A stretch of DNA of 64,000 bases from Camelus dromedarius. Lineage: Eukaryota. The first letter of the stretch is position 1. Every line of letters starts with the position of its first letter. Under the pieces are notes generated by a model. That model saw only the letters and a program-made list of their open reading frames with translations. It was not told the DNA's origin and searched no databases. Positions 38,060-51,235 of the stretch are shown piece by piece. The stretch is taken from assembly GCF_036321535.1 (NCBI RefSeq), contig NC_087436.1:17112001-17176000 (forward strand), given 5' to 3'. The translations under genes were made by a program, and so were the position numbers.

Positions 38060-41000
38060 TACTTTTTCCCCAATGAGTTTTCATATTTATAAAAGTTTTA
38101 TTGCTCAAACTAAAATACAATAAAAATATATGTTTTAAAGTGTATCATTCTCTCAATGTTAGAACAGGTACACATTGATATAAATCATCATTACTGAAGG
38201 CTATCAGAACATGCCATCCCATAATATACTTCTTTGACATATGAATTATTTTGAGCTAAAGGTCATTGAGAAGCAGCGGATGCAGGAAAAACTCTAAAAG
38301 CAGAGCAGAGGTTTTCCTTTCTCAAAGGAAATTCTCCTTTACAAAATGTGCCTCCTCCCACAGCAGGGAGAGGAGGACTCAACAACTCTTACCAACGGAA
38401 AAGGCACTGACTTGAATCTGTGTAATAAGCTGTACTGAATAACCACTGTTTCCCATACTTTTCCTGACCAGCTTTTCAGAGCTTGTCTTCCCCACCCCAC
38501 CCGGATCACAAAACCCCTGTTCCATTATTTAGCCTATGACGGTGTGTTAGTCCAAGTTCTAACCACCTCTTTGTGTTACTCATCACTGGATGGTCCCATG
38601 TGTACACGCACTATGTACATGTTAATAAACGTCTGTTTGTTTTTCTCTTGTTAATCTGTCTTTGGCCAGTCTAACTTATGGGCCTGTCTGGAGACCCTCA
38701 GATGGGTAGAGGAAAAGATTTTTTTCCTCTCTATACCATTATTAGGATACTAAACATTTCTATACCTTCAAAACGTCTTATCACGCTGTCTGTCTGTAGT
38801 CAAAGCCCTCCCAGGACTGTAGTTCGTTTTCTTGAGAATGTCATATAAATGGAATTATACTATATAAAAATTTCCTGCTCCTTTTCCTCTGTATAATGCC
38901 TCAAAAACACATCTAAATTGTGTGTACTGAGAGTTCATTCCTCTTTATTGGGAATAGTAAATTCTCAATGTTCCATCATTTTTTAATCTACTCACTTGTT
39001 GAAGGACATCTTGGTTGTTTCCTGTTTGGACCCATTATGAATAGAAGAACTGTAAACATCTGTGTATAAGTTTCTGCATAAACGCAAGTTTTTAGTTCTC
39101 TAGGACAAATGCTCAGGAGTGAGATTTCTGAAGTGTGTGTTTAACCTTGTAAGAAGCTGTCAACCTTATAAGAAGAGTGACTGTAATGTTTCGCATCCTC
39201 TCTAGCAATTGATGAACTTCCAGTTGCTCTGCATTCTCACTAGCTTTGGGGTTACTGGGATTTTATACTTTAGCCATTCTATTAGATGTGTGGGGACATC
39301 TCAACATAGCTGTAACTGAGGATGTCGAGGATGGTGAACATATTTTAATGTGCTTATATTTCATCTGTATGTTTTCTTTGGGGAAGTGTTGCTTCAAGTC
39401 CTTGGTCCCCTGGACTTTCTTCTTACTGTTGAGCTTTGAGTGTTCTTTACGTATTCTGAACTCAAATCATATTCCAGATATTTGATTTACAGGTATTTTC
39501 TCCCGGTCTATACCTGCTTCTCTCAACAGTGTCTCTCATCATATGAAAATTTTAAATTTTGATAAAGTCCTACTTATTAATTTTTTCTTTGATGGTTCAT
39601 GCTTTGGGTGTCAGGTCTAAGAACTCAGCCTAACATGATTTTGCCTCACACGATCTTCTCCTATATTTCACCCCCCTCCAACTTATAGTTTTATGTTTGA
39701 CATTTAGATCCATGATATACTATGTGTTAATTTTTGTATAAACTTTAGATTGAAGGGTATTGATTTATCTTTATTTGATATACAATTATTCTAACACCTT
39801 TTGTTTAAAATACTATTATTTCCTCACAAATTGCCTTGGTAATTGACTTTGCTTGGGTTAGTCTATTTTTTTTAAAGAAAAATAAAACATTTTATATTTT
39901 CTAGGGGAAAAAACATTAAATCTTGTTACATGGAAAAAATTCTCAATGTTGAATATAAAATTATTATATTATAACATCTAGTTGAACATAAATTTTATAC
40001 AATACTTTTTATTTTATTTTATTCTCCTTTAGTCTATTTCTGTACTCTGTCCAATTGATCCATACGCTTATCCTTTCATTAATAACACATTATCTTGACT
40101 ACTGTCCCTTTATAGTAAGTCTTAAAATTGAGTATCATGATTTCCCACAACTTTCTTCTTTTTCAAAACCACTTGGTTATTCTAGTTCCTTTGCCTTTCC
40201 ACGTACACATTAGAATTAGCTCATCTTTATCTACCGAAACTCTTGCTTGGGTTTTGACTGGAATCATGTTAAATCTATGGATCACACCAATCCCTTTTTG
40301 ACTATAGAAAACAGTCCTGATCTCCTAGGATAAATTCCACTAGATTGTGGTGCTTATTCCTTTTATCTATTGCTGGTTTCAACTTGCTTAGGTCTTGTTG
40401 AGGATTTTAAAATCTATTTTAATGAGGGGTATTGGTCTGTAATTTGCTTTTTCTTGCTGTTCTTCATCTAATTTCATCAGGGAGGTGCTGGCTTCCCCAG
40501 ATGAGTTGTGGACTGTTCTATCCTCCTCTAGTTTCTTTTAGAAATTGTGCAGAATTGGTTCTACTTTTTCTTTAGATGTTTGGTAGAATTCTCCAGAGAA
40601 GTCAACTGGGCCCAGAGATTTCCTTTCTGAAGGGTTTTAAAATATGAATTTAATTCCTTCAGTAGTTACAGTGTGATTCAGCCTATCAGTTTGCACTTGG
40701 GTAAGTTTTAGGAGTTAGTAGTTTTCAAGGATTTGTATCATTTCATCTAAGTTCTCAAAGTTAGGTGCATGGGCTTGTTACAGTCTTCTCTTAATGTCTT
40801 CACAGTCTTTGGTGGTATAACGTCTTTTACTACTTTATTAGTAACTTGGGTTTTCGCACTTTCTTTGCTAGTCTTGCTAGAGGTGTATCAACTTTGCTGA
40901 TTTTTTTCCCAAGAAACTTCTTGATAGTTCATTGATTTTTCCCCCTGCTTTTTGTTTTCAATTTTATTGATTTTTTTTCCTCCTTTTTATTTTATTCTTT

Positions 41001-43980
41001 TTGCTTGATATGAGTTTCTTTTGCTCTTTTCCTTAAGGTAGAAGTCTGTTATTAACTTTACGTCTTTCTTCTTTTTAAGTGTAAGCACTGAATGCTAAAA
41101 TCGTACAGCTAAGCACTATTTAGGCTGTCTCTCACAAATTTTTATATCTTCAAATATTTTCTTTTTTTCCCTTGAGAATTCCCCTTTGACTCATGAATTA
41201 TTTAGGAAAATATTGAATATCCAATTTTTTTAGGTTTTTCTATTAGCTTTCTGTTACCTTTTTCCAATCTAATTCCATTTTGGTCAGAGAACAAACTCTA
41301 AATGGTTTTAATTATTTTCTATTTGTTAATATTTGTTTTATCACCCAGGACATATGGTCTGTCTTGGTCAGTGTTCCAAGTTCACTTGAAAAAAATGTGT
41401 ATTCTGATGTTGTCTGTAGGTTTAGTAAAAATCAAATAGATCCAGTTGGTTGATTGTACTTTTCAGTTTTTCTGCATCCTGGCTGATTGTCTGTCACCTG
41501 GTTCTAACAGTTACTGAGACAAGAGTGTTAAAAATCTCAAACTATAATTTTTACTTTATCTGGTCCTCCTTTCAGTTCTGTCACTTGTTTCATGAGTTTT
41601 GAAGCTCTGTTTTGATGCATAAATATTAAGAATTGTTACGTGGTCTCGGTAAATTTACTTCACCATTGTGTAATTTTTCTTTTTGTTCTTGATAATTTGA
41701 TTTTCTCTGAAGACTATTTTGTGTGGTATCACTGAAGCCATTCCAACTCTCTTTACATTAATACACGTGTGGGATATCTTTTCCTATCCTTTTACTTTTA
41801 GCCAATCTGTATAAGTTTTATAAACTTGGATAAGGATATAAAGAATAAAGTTGGACCACTTTTTTCTTTTCTTTTTTTTTTTTTTAAATAAATTCTAATC
41901 TCTTTTAGTTGGCTTTTTAAGGCCATTTTTATTGGATGTAATTCTTGATATGTTTGGAATTGGGTCTACCATTTTATTATCTGATTTATATTTGTTTCCT
42001 CTATTATTTGTTCTTCTTTGTCTCCATTTCTGCCTTCTTTTGAGTTCTTTCACCAATATTTTTAGTATTCTATTTTACTTTATCTATTGCATTTTTTAAT
42101 CTTTTTTTTTTTTTTTTGGTATGGGATTTTAGTGGTTGCTCTAGAGATTATAATGTACACACTTAAGTTTTCTCTGTCAACTTAAAATCAGTAGTTTACC
42201 ACTTCAGGTAGAGTGTAGAAACTTACCACCCTTAGGGCCCTTTACTCTACCCCCCCCCCACCTTAAGATATAAAAGTCTTATGTATTATATCTGCATACA
42301 CTGAAAGACATATCAGATAATGTTGTAATTTTTGCTTTCTGCTCTCAAGCATAGTTTAAAGAACTCAAGAGAAGAACAATCTACCTACCCAATTATTTAC
42401 ATTTTATTGTGATTCCTTCACTCCTTACCATCCAAGTTTCCCTCTCATTTCCTTTCTTCTCTCTGATGAACTTCCTTTAACAATTCCTTTAGTCCTGGCC
42501 TGTTGACAGTGAATTATTTTAGTTTTCCTTCATCTGTTAATGTCTGTATTTCTTTCATTTATGGATGCTATTTTTGCTTGGTATAGAATTCTGGGATTTT
42601 TTTTTTTTCTGCCAGCACTTTAAAATTCTTGTTCTACTTCCTTTCAGTCTCCATTTTTTTCTTATCAGAAATATGGTCATTCAAATCTTATTTGCCTTAT
42701 AAATACTGCAGTTTTTTTTCTGGTTTCTTTCAAGATTTTTTTCTTTGCATTTAGTTTTGAAGAGCTTAATTATGATATGTCTGTGTGTGGATTTCTTTGA
42801 GTTTATTTTGTTTAGGGTTTGCCACACTTCTTAAATCTGTAGGTATATGTCTTTTTCCAAATTTGGGGAGTTTTCAGCTATTATTTCTTCAACTATTTCC
42901 CAGAATAATGTTCTTTTCCCTCTCCTTTTGTGTCTCCAATGATATGGATTTTAAAGCTTTTGGTATTGTACCACAAATACCTGAGATTCTGGTCATTAAT
43001 TTTTAAAATATTTTTCTTCTTTATCATTCAGATCAGGTAACTTTTATTACTGTATCTTCAAATTCACTCCTTGTTTTGTCATTTCCATTCTGTTACTGAG
43101 TCCTGTAGTATGCTTCAAACTTGATTATTTATTTTCCAGTTCTAAAATTCTCTGGTTGTTATTTGCTTCTTTTATGTCTTTGGTGAGGCTTATCCCCTTC
43201 CATTCATTTTAATAATGTTTGACCTTACTTGTTAGAGAATTTTTTTAATAGTTGCTTTAAAGTCTTTGCTAGGCAATCCCAACATCTACGTCATCTCAGT
43301 CTTAGTAACTCTTTGTTGCCTTTTCTCACAAATTGACATCTTCCTTGTTTACTGTAGGTCATGCTATTTTGGATTGTATCCTGGACACTTTGAACATTAT
43401 GCTAGATTCCTCTGAGTCTTACTTAACTCTTCTGGAGAATGGTGATATTTTAGTTTTAGCAGACAATTGACCTTGTTTGTTTCAGGTTGCAAGTTCTAAC
43501 AAGCCTTATGGGAGTTATGGTCTCAATGTCACTTCCTTTATCAATACCTTTGCAATATTATTCAGATCTGTTTCATGCATGTGTTCCAAACTGTGGCCAT
43601 TCTTAGTTCTGGGTGGTGATCTTATAGTTCAGTTCCCAAAGTCTATCATATGCTATTTTGTGTCAAAGCTATGCATGTGCACATTGAGAGAGTTCCCAGC
43701 AGTTAACAAACTATTTTTTCCAGTTATTCTCCCAACTTTTTCCTCTTTGTGACATCCCTAGAGCTCTTTTGGTTTCCCTGAGGCTCCTTTTTTCAGTAGA
43801 GCCAGAAAGCTGGGGCTTTATTTTACCGGTTCTGTCATGCACTACTTGCAATTGTGATCATTTCCTGAGCCTAGATGCAGTAGGAAAAGAGAAAGAGGGA
43901 AAAGGCAACAGGTGCTTGCGCCACTCTCTTGGGGCCTCATCTCTTCCAGTTTGTAAGGAAGCTTCTAATTCCTCATTGCA
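38060..43980 (-). mobile_element. Long old L1 (L1MA/MB/MC-type, ~5 kb), interrupted by MER34-like LTR
   Basis: Antisense 3' UTR (gtcatataaatggaat, ttgttgaaggacatcttggttgtttcc) progressing through ORF2 and ORF1 motifs. Confidence 0.85.
38195..38737 (+). mobile_element. MER34-like ERV1 solo LTR
   Basis: tgaagg..cagaacatgcca..ttattttgagctaaagg..ttgagaagcag; ttttctcttgttaatctgtcttt; gggtagaggaaaag. Confidence 0.8.
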
Positions 43981-43994
43981 TGTCCCTAAATCAT

Positions 43995-44575
43995 CATAGG
44001 ATGTATAACATTAAGAGGAAGCCTAATGTAACTGTGGAATTTGGATGCATAAATCTAGGTACATCGATTGGAGCAAATGGACCACTTTGGGGATGTTGAT
44101 AATGGGGGTGGGGGGATATGGGAAATCTTTGTATTTCCTCTCAGTTTTTGCTGTGAAGCTAAAACTCTAAAAAATTAATCCTATGAAGAAAGATGAAATG
44201 CTCGTGTAGGCTACAACATGAATGAAATTTGAAGACATACTTAGTGAAATAAGCTAGACACAAAAAGACACATATTATATGATTCCACTTATAGGAAGTA
44301 CACTTAGTGGTCAAATCCATAAAGACAGAAAGTAAAACAGTGGTTACCAGGGCCTGGAGGGAGGAGAGAATGGGGAGTTATTGTTGAATTTGTATAGTGT
44401 TTCCGTATGGGATGATGAAAAAGTTCTGGAGATGAATGGTGACGATGGTCACACAAAAATAATAATATATTTAATGTTGCTGAACTGTACCCTTAAAAAT
44501 GGTTTTAAAGAGCAAATTTTTGTTATGTATACTTTGCCACAAAATTAGATGCAAAATAAATTAATTTTTAAAAAG
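43995..44575 (+). mobile_element. Stacked L1 3' ends (L1MC1-like then L1MB-like)
   Basis: ggggatgttgataatgggg..tatgggaaatct; gtgaaataagctagacacaaaaag..gatgaaaaagttctggagatg..ctgtacccttaaaaatggtt. Confidence 0.8.
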
Positions 44576-44623
44576 TGCACTGGTAAATAAAGAAAGTAGG
44601 GAGAAAGTAATATGTAACCAAAT

Positions 44624-44805
44624 CATGAGTTAGCAAACTACAGTCTGCCCATAAGCCAAATCCAGCCGTACCAATTTGGTCTTTTATTATCTGTGGTTGC
44701 TTTTATATTATAATAGGCAAGTGGAATAGTTGTGAGGAAGACTGGCCTTCAGTACCGAAAATATTTATTATCTGACCCGTGCAGAAAAAGTTTGACAGCC
44801 TTTGA
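44624..44805 (+). mobile_element. MER58A-like hAT MITE
   Basis: gttagcaaactacag..gccaaatccagcc..aaaatatttattatctg..cagaaaaagtttg. Confidence 0.75.
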
Positions 44806-45119
44806 ACTAGATGAGCTAAACCGCGAGGTATAGATCTTTATGGTCATCTTGAGATTCCCCACGAGGCAGCTTTCTGCCGGACCTCCCATCTCTGAATGGA
44901 AGCATACTTTCTGAGAGAAATCCTCCAGAGAAATGGGAAGTCCTTCCCTTCTCCTTCCAAACTCCTCATTCCATTCGTGGAACTATTACTGATAGGATAA
45001 ATATTACTTTTCCAGGCTTCCTGCTAGATGCTTGGGTACGTGCTAAAAAAGAACAGGTGTTGGTCCGACCCTCACGAAGCTGTGAATGTACAGCAGGTTT
45101 TGTGGAGAGTTGATGAAGT

Positions 45120-45260
45120 CTCTCCCTAAGAGCCTCTTGTTGATCCTGAATTTATTTACTGGGAAACAGATCAAATCTAGCATTTCTTCTGCATGAAAGC
45201 CTACCTCATCAGAAAACATTTTTAATGCTTTCTTAGAGTCTTTATTCCAGTTAAACATTC
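45120..45260 (-). pseudogene. Probable fossil exon KKALKMFSDEVG..EEMLDLICFPVN
   Basis: ORF 45043-45258. A.KMF(D)..G...E.LD..CFP pattern. Confidence 0.5.
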
Positions 45261-46229
45261 CCTTTCTTTATTTGTGACCAAGAAATGATGCTATATATGC
45301 AAGTCAGGTCACAGATATGTATGCCTGCGCTAGCATTTTTGCATTATCTGCAGATGCCGTCCAGAAAGGACATCTAGTTTGCTGATATATTTGCCTAGAA
45401 CAGACAGAGCATTAGCCCACATCATGAATAAAAAAGTCTTTGTTTCAGAACTTGAGGGACATTTCCCAATAGACATGTTGCATTTCCACTTACTTTATAG
45501 GGAACAAATATGACAGTTCTTAAAGAGAAGTGGACATGAAGTAAAATTACACACAATTTGAAATCAGTCTTTTCAAAATCAGGAGATGAGTTTATCAGAT
45601 CCATCGAGCAGCAAAATCACTGAGTTAAATTTTTTCAACTAATTGATTTATCTAATCCCACAGACTCTAGTAAATCTATGTGTCCTGGATTTTTCCTGGA
45701 CTGTCGTATCTTCTCAACCATAAGATAATAGCATTTCCTTGTAGAAAATATCCATAGTCCAAATCAGAAACAAGTTAATGCACATTTTAGTTTCAGAAAT
45801 GTTACAAAGTCATATAAACAGAAAATTGTCTTGAATTTTGTTTTTTTGTGGTTAAATGTAAAAAATAATGCATAGGAAGTCTAGAAACCATTTTGTTGTA
45901 CTGTTGGGGTCTAGATGTGGTGGGACTATGATTTATTTAATGGTTCAAAGTTTACAAAAATGCCAACTAGAATCCAGACTGATGAAAATTCAATGTTGAG
46001 TAATATTCTGTTAAAAAGAAAAAAAGCTGTAGGAAACACAGAGAGCTGAAGGACGCTCTCTCTAAATGAATTTGGTGTTGTCTGTCATGGCCAGCTGAGG
46101 TCTCTGGTTCTAGACAAAGACATTTTCAGACTTCAATCCTTTTCTGGATAACTGTGCAGTTTGATTGTGTGGTCTATTGCTCCAAGAGGAAACAAAACTT
46201 TGGTCAATATTGTAAAGAAAACAAGTGAT

Positions 46230-47172
46230 ATGACATTTCTTCAATGTTTTCATCCCATGACTTCCTCAAGAATTCCCAGCATCATTATACGTTCTGTTTG
46301 TACCCTATGTTTCCAGAGACAGAGCTAAACATTGGCAGATTTTGAGACATGAGAATGATATAAATTGCTTCTATTTTTTAGTTTGTCAAATTATACTCAT
46401 CATCTCATTGGCACTATTATACAGACGACTATATTTCTCCTTTCATAATGTTCAGCCATTTATCTAGTGGGTTTTATTATTGATACTCCAAGAGAATTAA
46501 TCAAAAATATGTACCTTCATATTTTAAATTGACTTATTTTTATTCTTACAATGAATATTTATTTTATAAAAAGTCCCCTGTTAATGTGAATTCCAGTGGT
46601 ATAAGGGATTATAAAAGCAGGAGCCATATCTAACATTTTTCCTACCCTCCAAAAAATATTAGAAAATTTTGAGTTAATCCTGTCATCTAGGCAACTTCTC
46701 TTTTCCTTTTTACTCTTTTCCTTATATCTTATTTGCTCTTTTTCCTTCATAGTATAATGCTTGCTATTCTGTCTTTCTATAAGTTGCCTTAACTCATCTG
46801 GTAAGGAATGAGACAGACAAATTCAGTGTGAAAAAATATATACAACGTAGCCTCACCACAGGATGATTTGGAAGCTGTGAGATTTAACATTTAGGTTGTT
46901 GCTTTGAGAAACATTCGTAGCTTTGAGTTTTACCAAGACTAAAGTTCTCTCTCTTCAGACAAATAACAACAGGAGCTGAGTGGTCCAAAATGCAGCTGTG
47001 AAGTATGACCTCAGAGCACTGATAACATTTTCTCTGAGAATCACGTAAATGCTAGCACAAAAGCACCGAAGCAAAATCCTATGACCCCATTGGTACCTCA
47101 TCTGATTTCATTACCTGGGTCAGAATCCATTCATCAACAAGTGACCAGAAATGGGAACATGGCCATTGAATG
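46230..47172 (-). pseudogene. Fossil exon cluster
   Basis: 47051-46934: tgtgctag|IYVILRENVISALRSYFTAAF/LDHS...|gtaaaa. ~46420-46370: IVPMR**V*FDKLKNR. ~46280: WEFLRK. Confidence 0.55.
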
Positions 47173-47284
47173 CTAGTAAAATGAAGAATAACTCATTCCA
47201 TCCCAACATTTTTTATAATTTCTGCCTCTTTTCCTTGTTAGACATAAGTGATGACAATGTAATAGCATGAAATCAATTAAAATA

Positions 47285-47530
47285 GCAGGATGGCCAAGAG
47301 AGTTGTATGACTTTAGAGTCAAAATGACAAGGGCTCAAATCTTGGTTCTGTCTCTTACTTGTTTTATGACCCTGGGAATTTTTCAACCCTTGAATGTAAG
47401 TTTTCTCACTGTGATATAGAGATGATAATATTTCCTGCCTTCATAAAAGTTGTTATGAGAATTAAATGAATTGATAGACAGATAGATGGATAGATAACCT
47501 CACTATCATAACTATAAGTGATCAATAATA
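47285..47530 (+). mobile_element. MIR SINE
   Basis: gactttagagtcaaa..caaatcttggttctg..gttgttatgagaattaaatgaa. Confidence 0.75.
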
Positions 47531-47740
47531 TCAGTAGCAATCATCACTGTAGGTAAATCCCAAAGATGCAGCCTGTTTTTTGTTTGTTTTAATGGAATCT
47601 AAAGATGTCATTTTAGAGTATGAAATAGAAGGGAAAATAAAACAAACAACGCCACGTGATTCCTGGCCAGGACGACTTCTGGTTAGCTCTGTAGACCAAG
47701 GGGCCACACAGATCATAGGCGGGCAGTTTTGTTCATGCTG
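47530..47740 (-). pseudogene. Most 5' recognisable fossil exons
   Basis: AYDLCG..VYR / EL..FIFP. atctttag|IPLKQTKNRLHLWD. Confidence 0.4.
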
Positions 47741-50700
47741 CAGTCAGCTGGGACTATCAGAGCAATGGATTACAATACTGCCCCCAATTTAGTAGATACC
47801 AAACAGGCCACAAGGAAGGGAAGATTAACATCTCCTGAGCTCAGATCTCTGAGAAAACTCTGATGCCTTTAAAATCAATGTCCCGCAACAGTGTCTGCAA
47901 AAAAATAATTCCAATAATTTACCACCAAAAAAAAAAAAAAAAATCAAGAGGACTATTTTTGAATTAACACGCCCAGGACTTTTCTGTAACTGGAAGCCCA
48001 GAAACACGTTTTTTATTTCAAAATGATCTGGTTCTTGTAACTGACTCCCTTCATCATGATTTTATAGCCACCCAAAGACCTTTCTCTGTCACCCTCCAGG
48101 TCTCTTCCTCTGCATGCTCTCTCCTGTTCCTTCCTTTCGGCATCTCTGATCCTGCAAATGGAAAGTTAGGGGCTTGAGTCACCTTCTAACATTTCTAAAA
48201 CCAAGCGTAATAATCTTCCTTGCTAGGGATCTCTGGCCAACATCCCTTCAGAAAGAAATGTTCTAGTTTGGGCTCACAGGTAAGCCATTTCTGAAAATAA
48301 ATTTTTTGTTGTTGTTGTTGTTGTTGTTAAAAAAAAATAGTTGGTGCTATTCAATAGTTGGTGCTACTTTCCCTTCACAGGCGTTGTGCAACCTTGGCGT
48401 TCATCCTTCTAGAAACTTCTGTGGAGAACTTAAGTGTGACAACTACAGTCCCAAACTCAATGTTATTCTTTCTATGAATATCACTAATTACAATTTAACA
48501 GCAAATGAGTATCTACCAACCAAGAATGGAAAAAAAGAAAAAGAAAAGATTGAAAAGAATTACTAAGTAGAGAAAACCCTTAGAAGTCTTAAAAAAAAAA
48601 AATAAAGGAAAAGCCTTAAGTTATTTGACACAATGCAAATGCCACACCAGGTCCACCATTAAATAAAAAGTTCCTGCTGCAAAAATCCTCAGATTATTTG
48701 CTTAATGGGGCCGAGTAGGCTCCGCTATTTACAGGAAGTTATAATAGTATAAAGGAGAGAAAAATCTATTTTGGTACCATTAGTTAGCTCACAGCTGGGT
48801 TTCATAAGGAGGGTGTTTGTGATATCCGATGTCGTGTGGAAGACAAACCCAAGGAGGCTGATTTAACGCTGGTCCACAGCCAGAGGCAACAGAGAAAGAC
48901 CTGTGGGAAATTTCTGTTTCATTTGCATTCCAGAGTCTAGGGAAAAGGTAATGTTAGAGAACCGACCCCGCTCTACAGGAATCTGAGTCACACATCAGCG
49001 CTTTCTATGCCTTCCTTGTGTTTTCTTAGGAAAATTATTGGAATTTGCTAGAAGGGGACCAAGTACCTCAGAAAAAGAAGACAGACAGAAGGACCCAGGG
49101 GAAGGAATGGAGCAGGAGGACAATTAGGTAGGAAGAAAGGGAAGAGGAGGAATACATTGGTTTTCTTCTTTTCAGAGTCTTGTTCACTAAGCCAACACGC
49201 AGTAGTCAGCTCAGTAATACGAATAAATGAGAGGACGATCAGCCTGGGCTCCGGAAGTTTGGTTTGCAGAGTATTGTTTTAAAACGCAGTTTTACAGTGT
49301 AGAGCATGTGGTAACTTGTAATAGTAATTCTATCTCAGCAATTCTAAGATGCTCTCCTCTTTGACAGATAAGAATTATTAACAGTTAATCATGTTACTTG
49401 TTTGTAATAAACATTTTACTCCTGATTTCTTGAAAAGTTGATTTTTTCTTTGTAGTTAGAACACTCCCCACAATGCCACCCATCCTTTGCCCATTTAAAA
49501 AGAAATCTATGGACTTGCTTAGCAAGGTAAGATCCTGCTCTGGCCTTAGTGAATGCTCAGAAATGATCGTAACTCTGATCAGATTGTACTTTGCTGTTCC
49601 GGTGCTCAATTCCCTTATCTGGCTGCAGAGCAAAATGTCTCTTTCTTTTTTAAATTGTCTTACATTTAGTTTTTCCTGTTTTCTTGTCAAGAGGCTTGTG
49701 CTTCTATCTTTGCATCTGGTTCCACGAGGTTGCTTGGTTTTCTGTCTTCCTGGTATAAACAGTGATTCAGGGCCCCCTGCCCCCTCCCCGTTTTCGGCAG
49801 ACGTAATCTAATCTGTGTTATGTGACAAGACCAATTAGTCTCGCCCACTCCCTAGCCTTCTGTCCCTCCCCTCTCAGCTGCCACCCTCTTGGCACTCCGT
49901 CTCTTTTAGGAAGTAGCGATGGAAGCCAAATTTCCAAACTGAATTCATTAGATGAATATGCAGGTCCAGATTGCATAAATGTGCTCACATCCTCAAGGAG
50001 AACTCAGAATCAAGACTTCGGACTCTTTCCTCTCATTGCATTTTATGTTTGTCAGGAGATCTCTGACTACCAGACTTTATCCCTGGCTGGAAGGAAGGGA
50101 AAGCTGCAGTTGACACAATGCAGGAAATAGGAGGCTCAGAACTGCGCTGAACAAAGTAAATGCGGAGAATACCCTCCTTTTCACGGATGGGTTCAGTCAT
50201 TTTCTACACGTAGCTACCTGCTGACTTCTGACAAGTAGAGGTGGCCTCCAGCATCCAGCCGATAGATGGGCCAGGCGTGCCATTCATAACACAGGCTCAG
50301 AGCCCACACTACAGCCACGAGGGTCAACTGGACCTGGGACGGGCCCCTGAGGACAGGAGACCAAAGCACAGAATGGCTGGCGGTGTACAGTTCCGATGAG
50401 TCTGTCATCACATAGTCAGACTGTGGTCACCACGGCCGGGACAGCAGGTGCCACGAAAGCCTGACCTCTCAGATGTTCAGGAACCCAAATGCTTAAGATT
50501 GCTTCCTTTTCTTTCTGTTGTCAGTAATCGTTTTTAGATTTTTAAAGTCTGTATCATAATTGTGTTTGAAATAAAGATTTTTTTTAATTAAAAAAAGTCT
50601 GTATCATTAATTTCATTATCATATTTGCTGACAGAAGGAATGAACCTTCTAAAATGTTCATAGCTGGTAGCTTAAATTTCAAAACTGATAACCATAAATA

Positions 50701-51011
50701 TAATTTCATGTTACTTGACAGGGAGAACTATCTCGGGGTCAATTGCTCAAAGAGAGGTCTGGATTTTTTTTTTTTTTTTAATTTCACAGTGTTCACCAAT
50801 AAAACCTTAGTCTCATTACAAATATGCCCACTAATTAGCATTCCTTATAGAATAAGGTTGGTGCCCTCCTGTTTTTTAAAGCACAAGCAGATTTCTTGGA
50901 TTAATTGCAAGTTCCCTTCTGAACACATACATATAAGAGTGAGATAGAAAAAAAGGTAGAGAAAGGAAAAGAGAAATAAAACAAATGTCAAAACCTCAGT
51001 AACAAATTCTC

Positions 51012-51235
51012 TAGATGAGCAACGAGGTCCTACCAAATAGCATAGGGAAGTTATATTCAATATCCTGTAATAAGCCATAATGGAAAAAAGTAAGAAAAAG
51101 AATATATAGATATATATAATTTATACATGTAAAATATTATGTATAATATTATATATATATAAAAACTGAATCACTTTGCTGTACACCAAGAACATTGTAA
51201 ATGAACTATACTTCAATAAAATAAAGAAAATAAAA
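51012..51235 (+). mobile_element. Cetartiodactyl L1 3' end
   Basis: gcaacgaggtcctac..tagcataggga..tattcaatatcctgtaataa..ctgaatcactttgctgtacacca..actatacttcaataaaa. Confidence 0.85.

Larger units (their letters stand above)
7330..47740 (-). pseudogene. Multi-exon decayed (unitary) pseudogene of a poly-EF-hand, EFCAB6-like Ca2+-binding protein; possibly extends to ~250 and ~48700
   Basis: More than 25 minus-strand segments, many with polypyrimidine-AG acceptors and GT(A/G)AG donors, translate (allowing stops and frameshifts) to EF-hand loops and helices: DADENGY, YD-GECGRISYSE, VDYADFI, VHYKDFLEAIEN, REF-LQAV, AFDT-KTG, EELLEVL-HFCMKMS, LTDD-HLRKSVDFN. All lie on the same strand and are separated by TEs. 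Confidence 0.75.

Noticed and set aside
7330..47740. Calling the locus EFCAB6 itself or an intact gene
   Set aside because: Most exons contain stops or frameshifts and similarity to recalled EFCAB6 is motif-level only, so no gene symbol is assigned.
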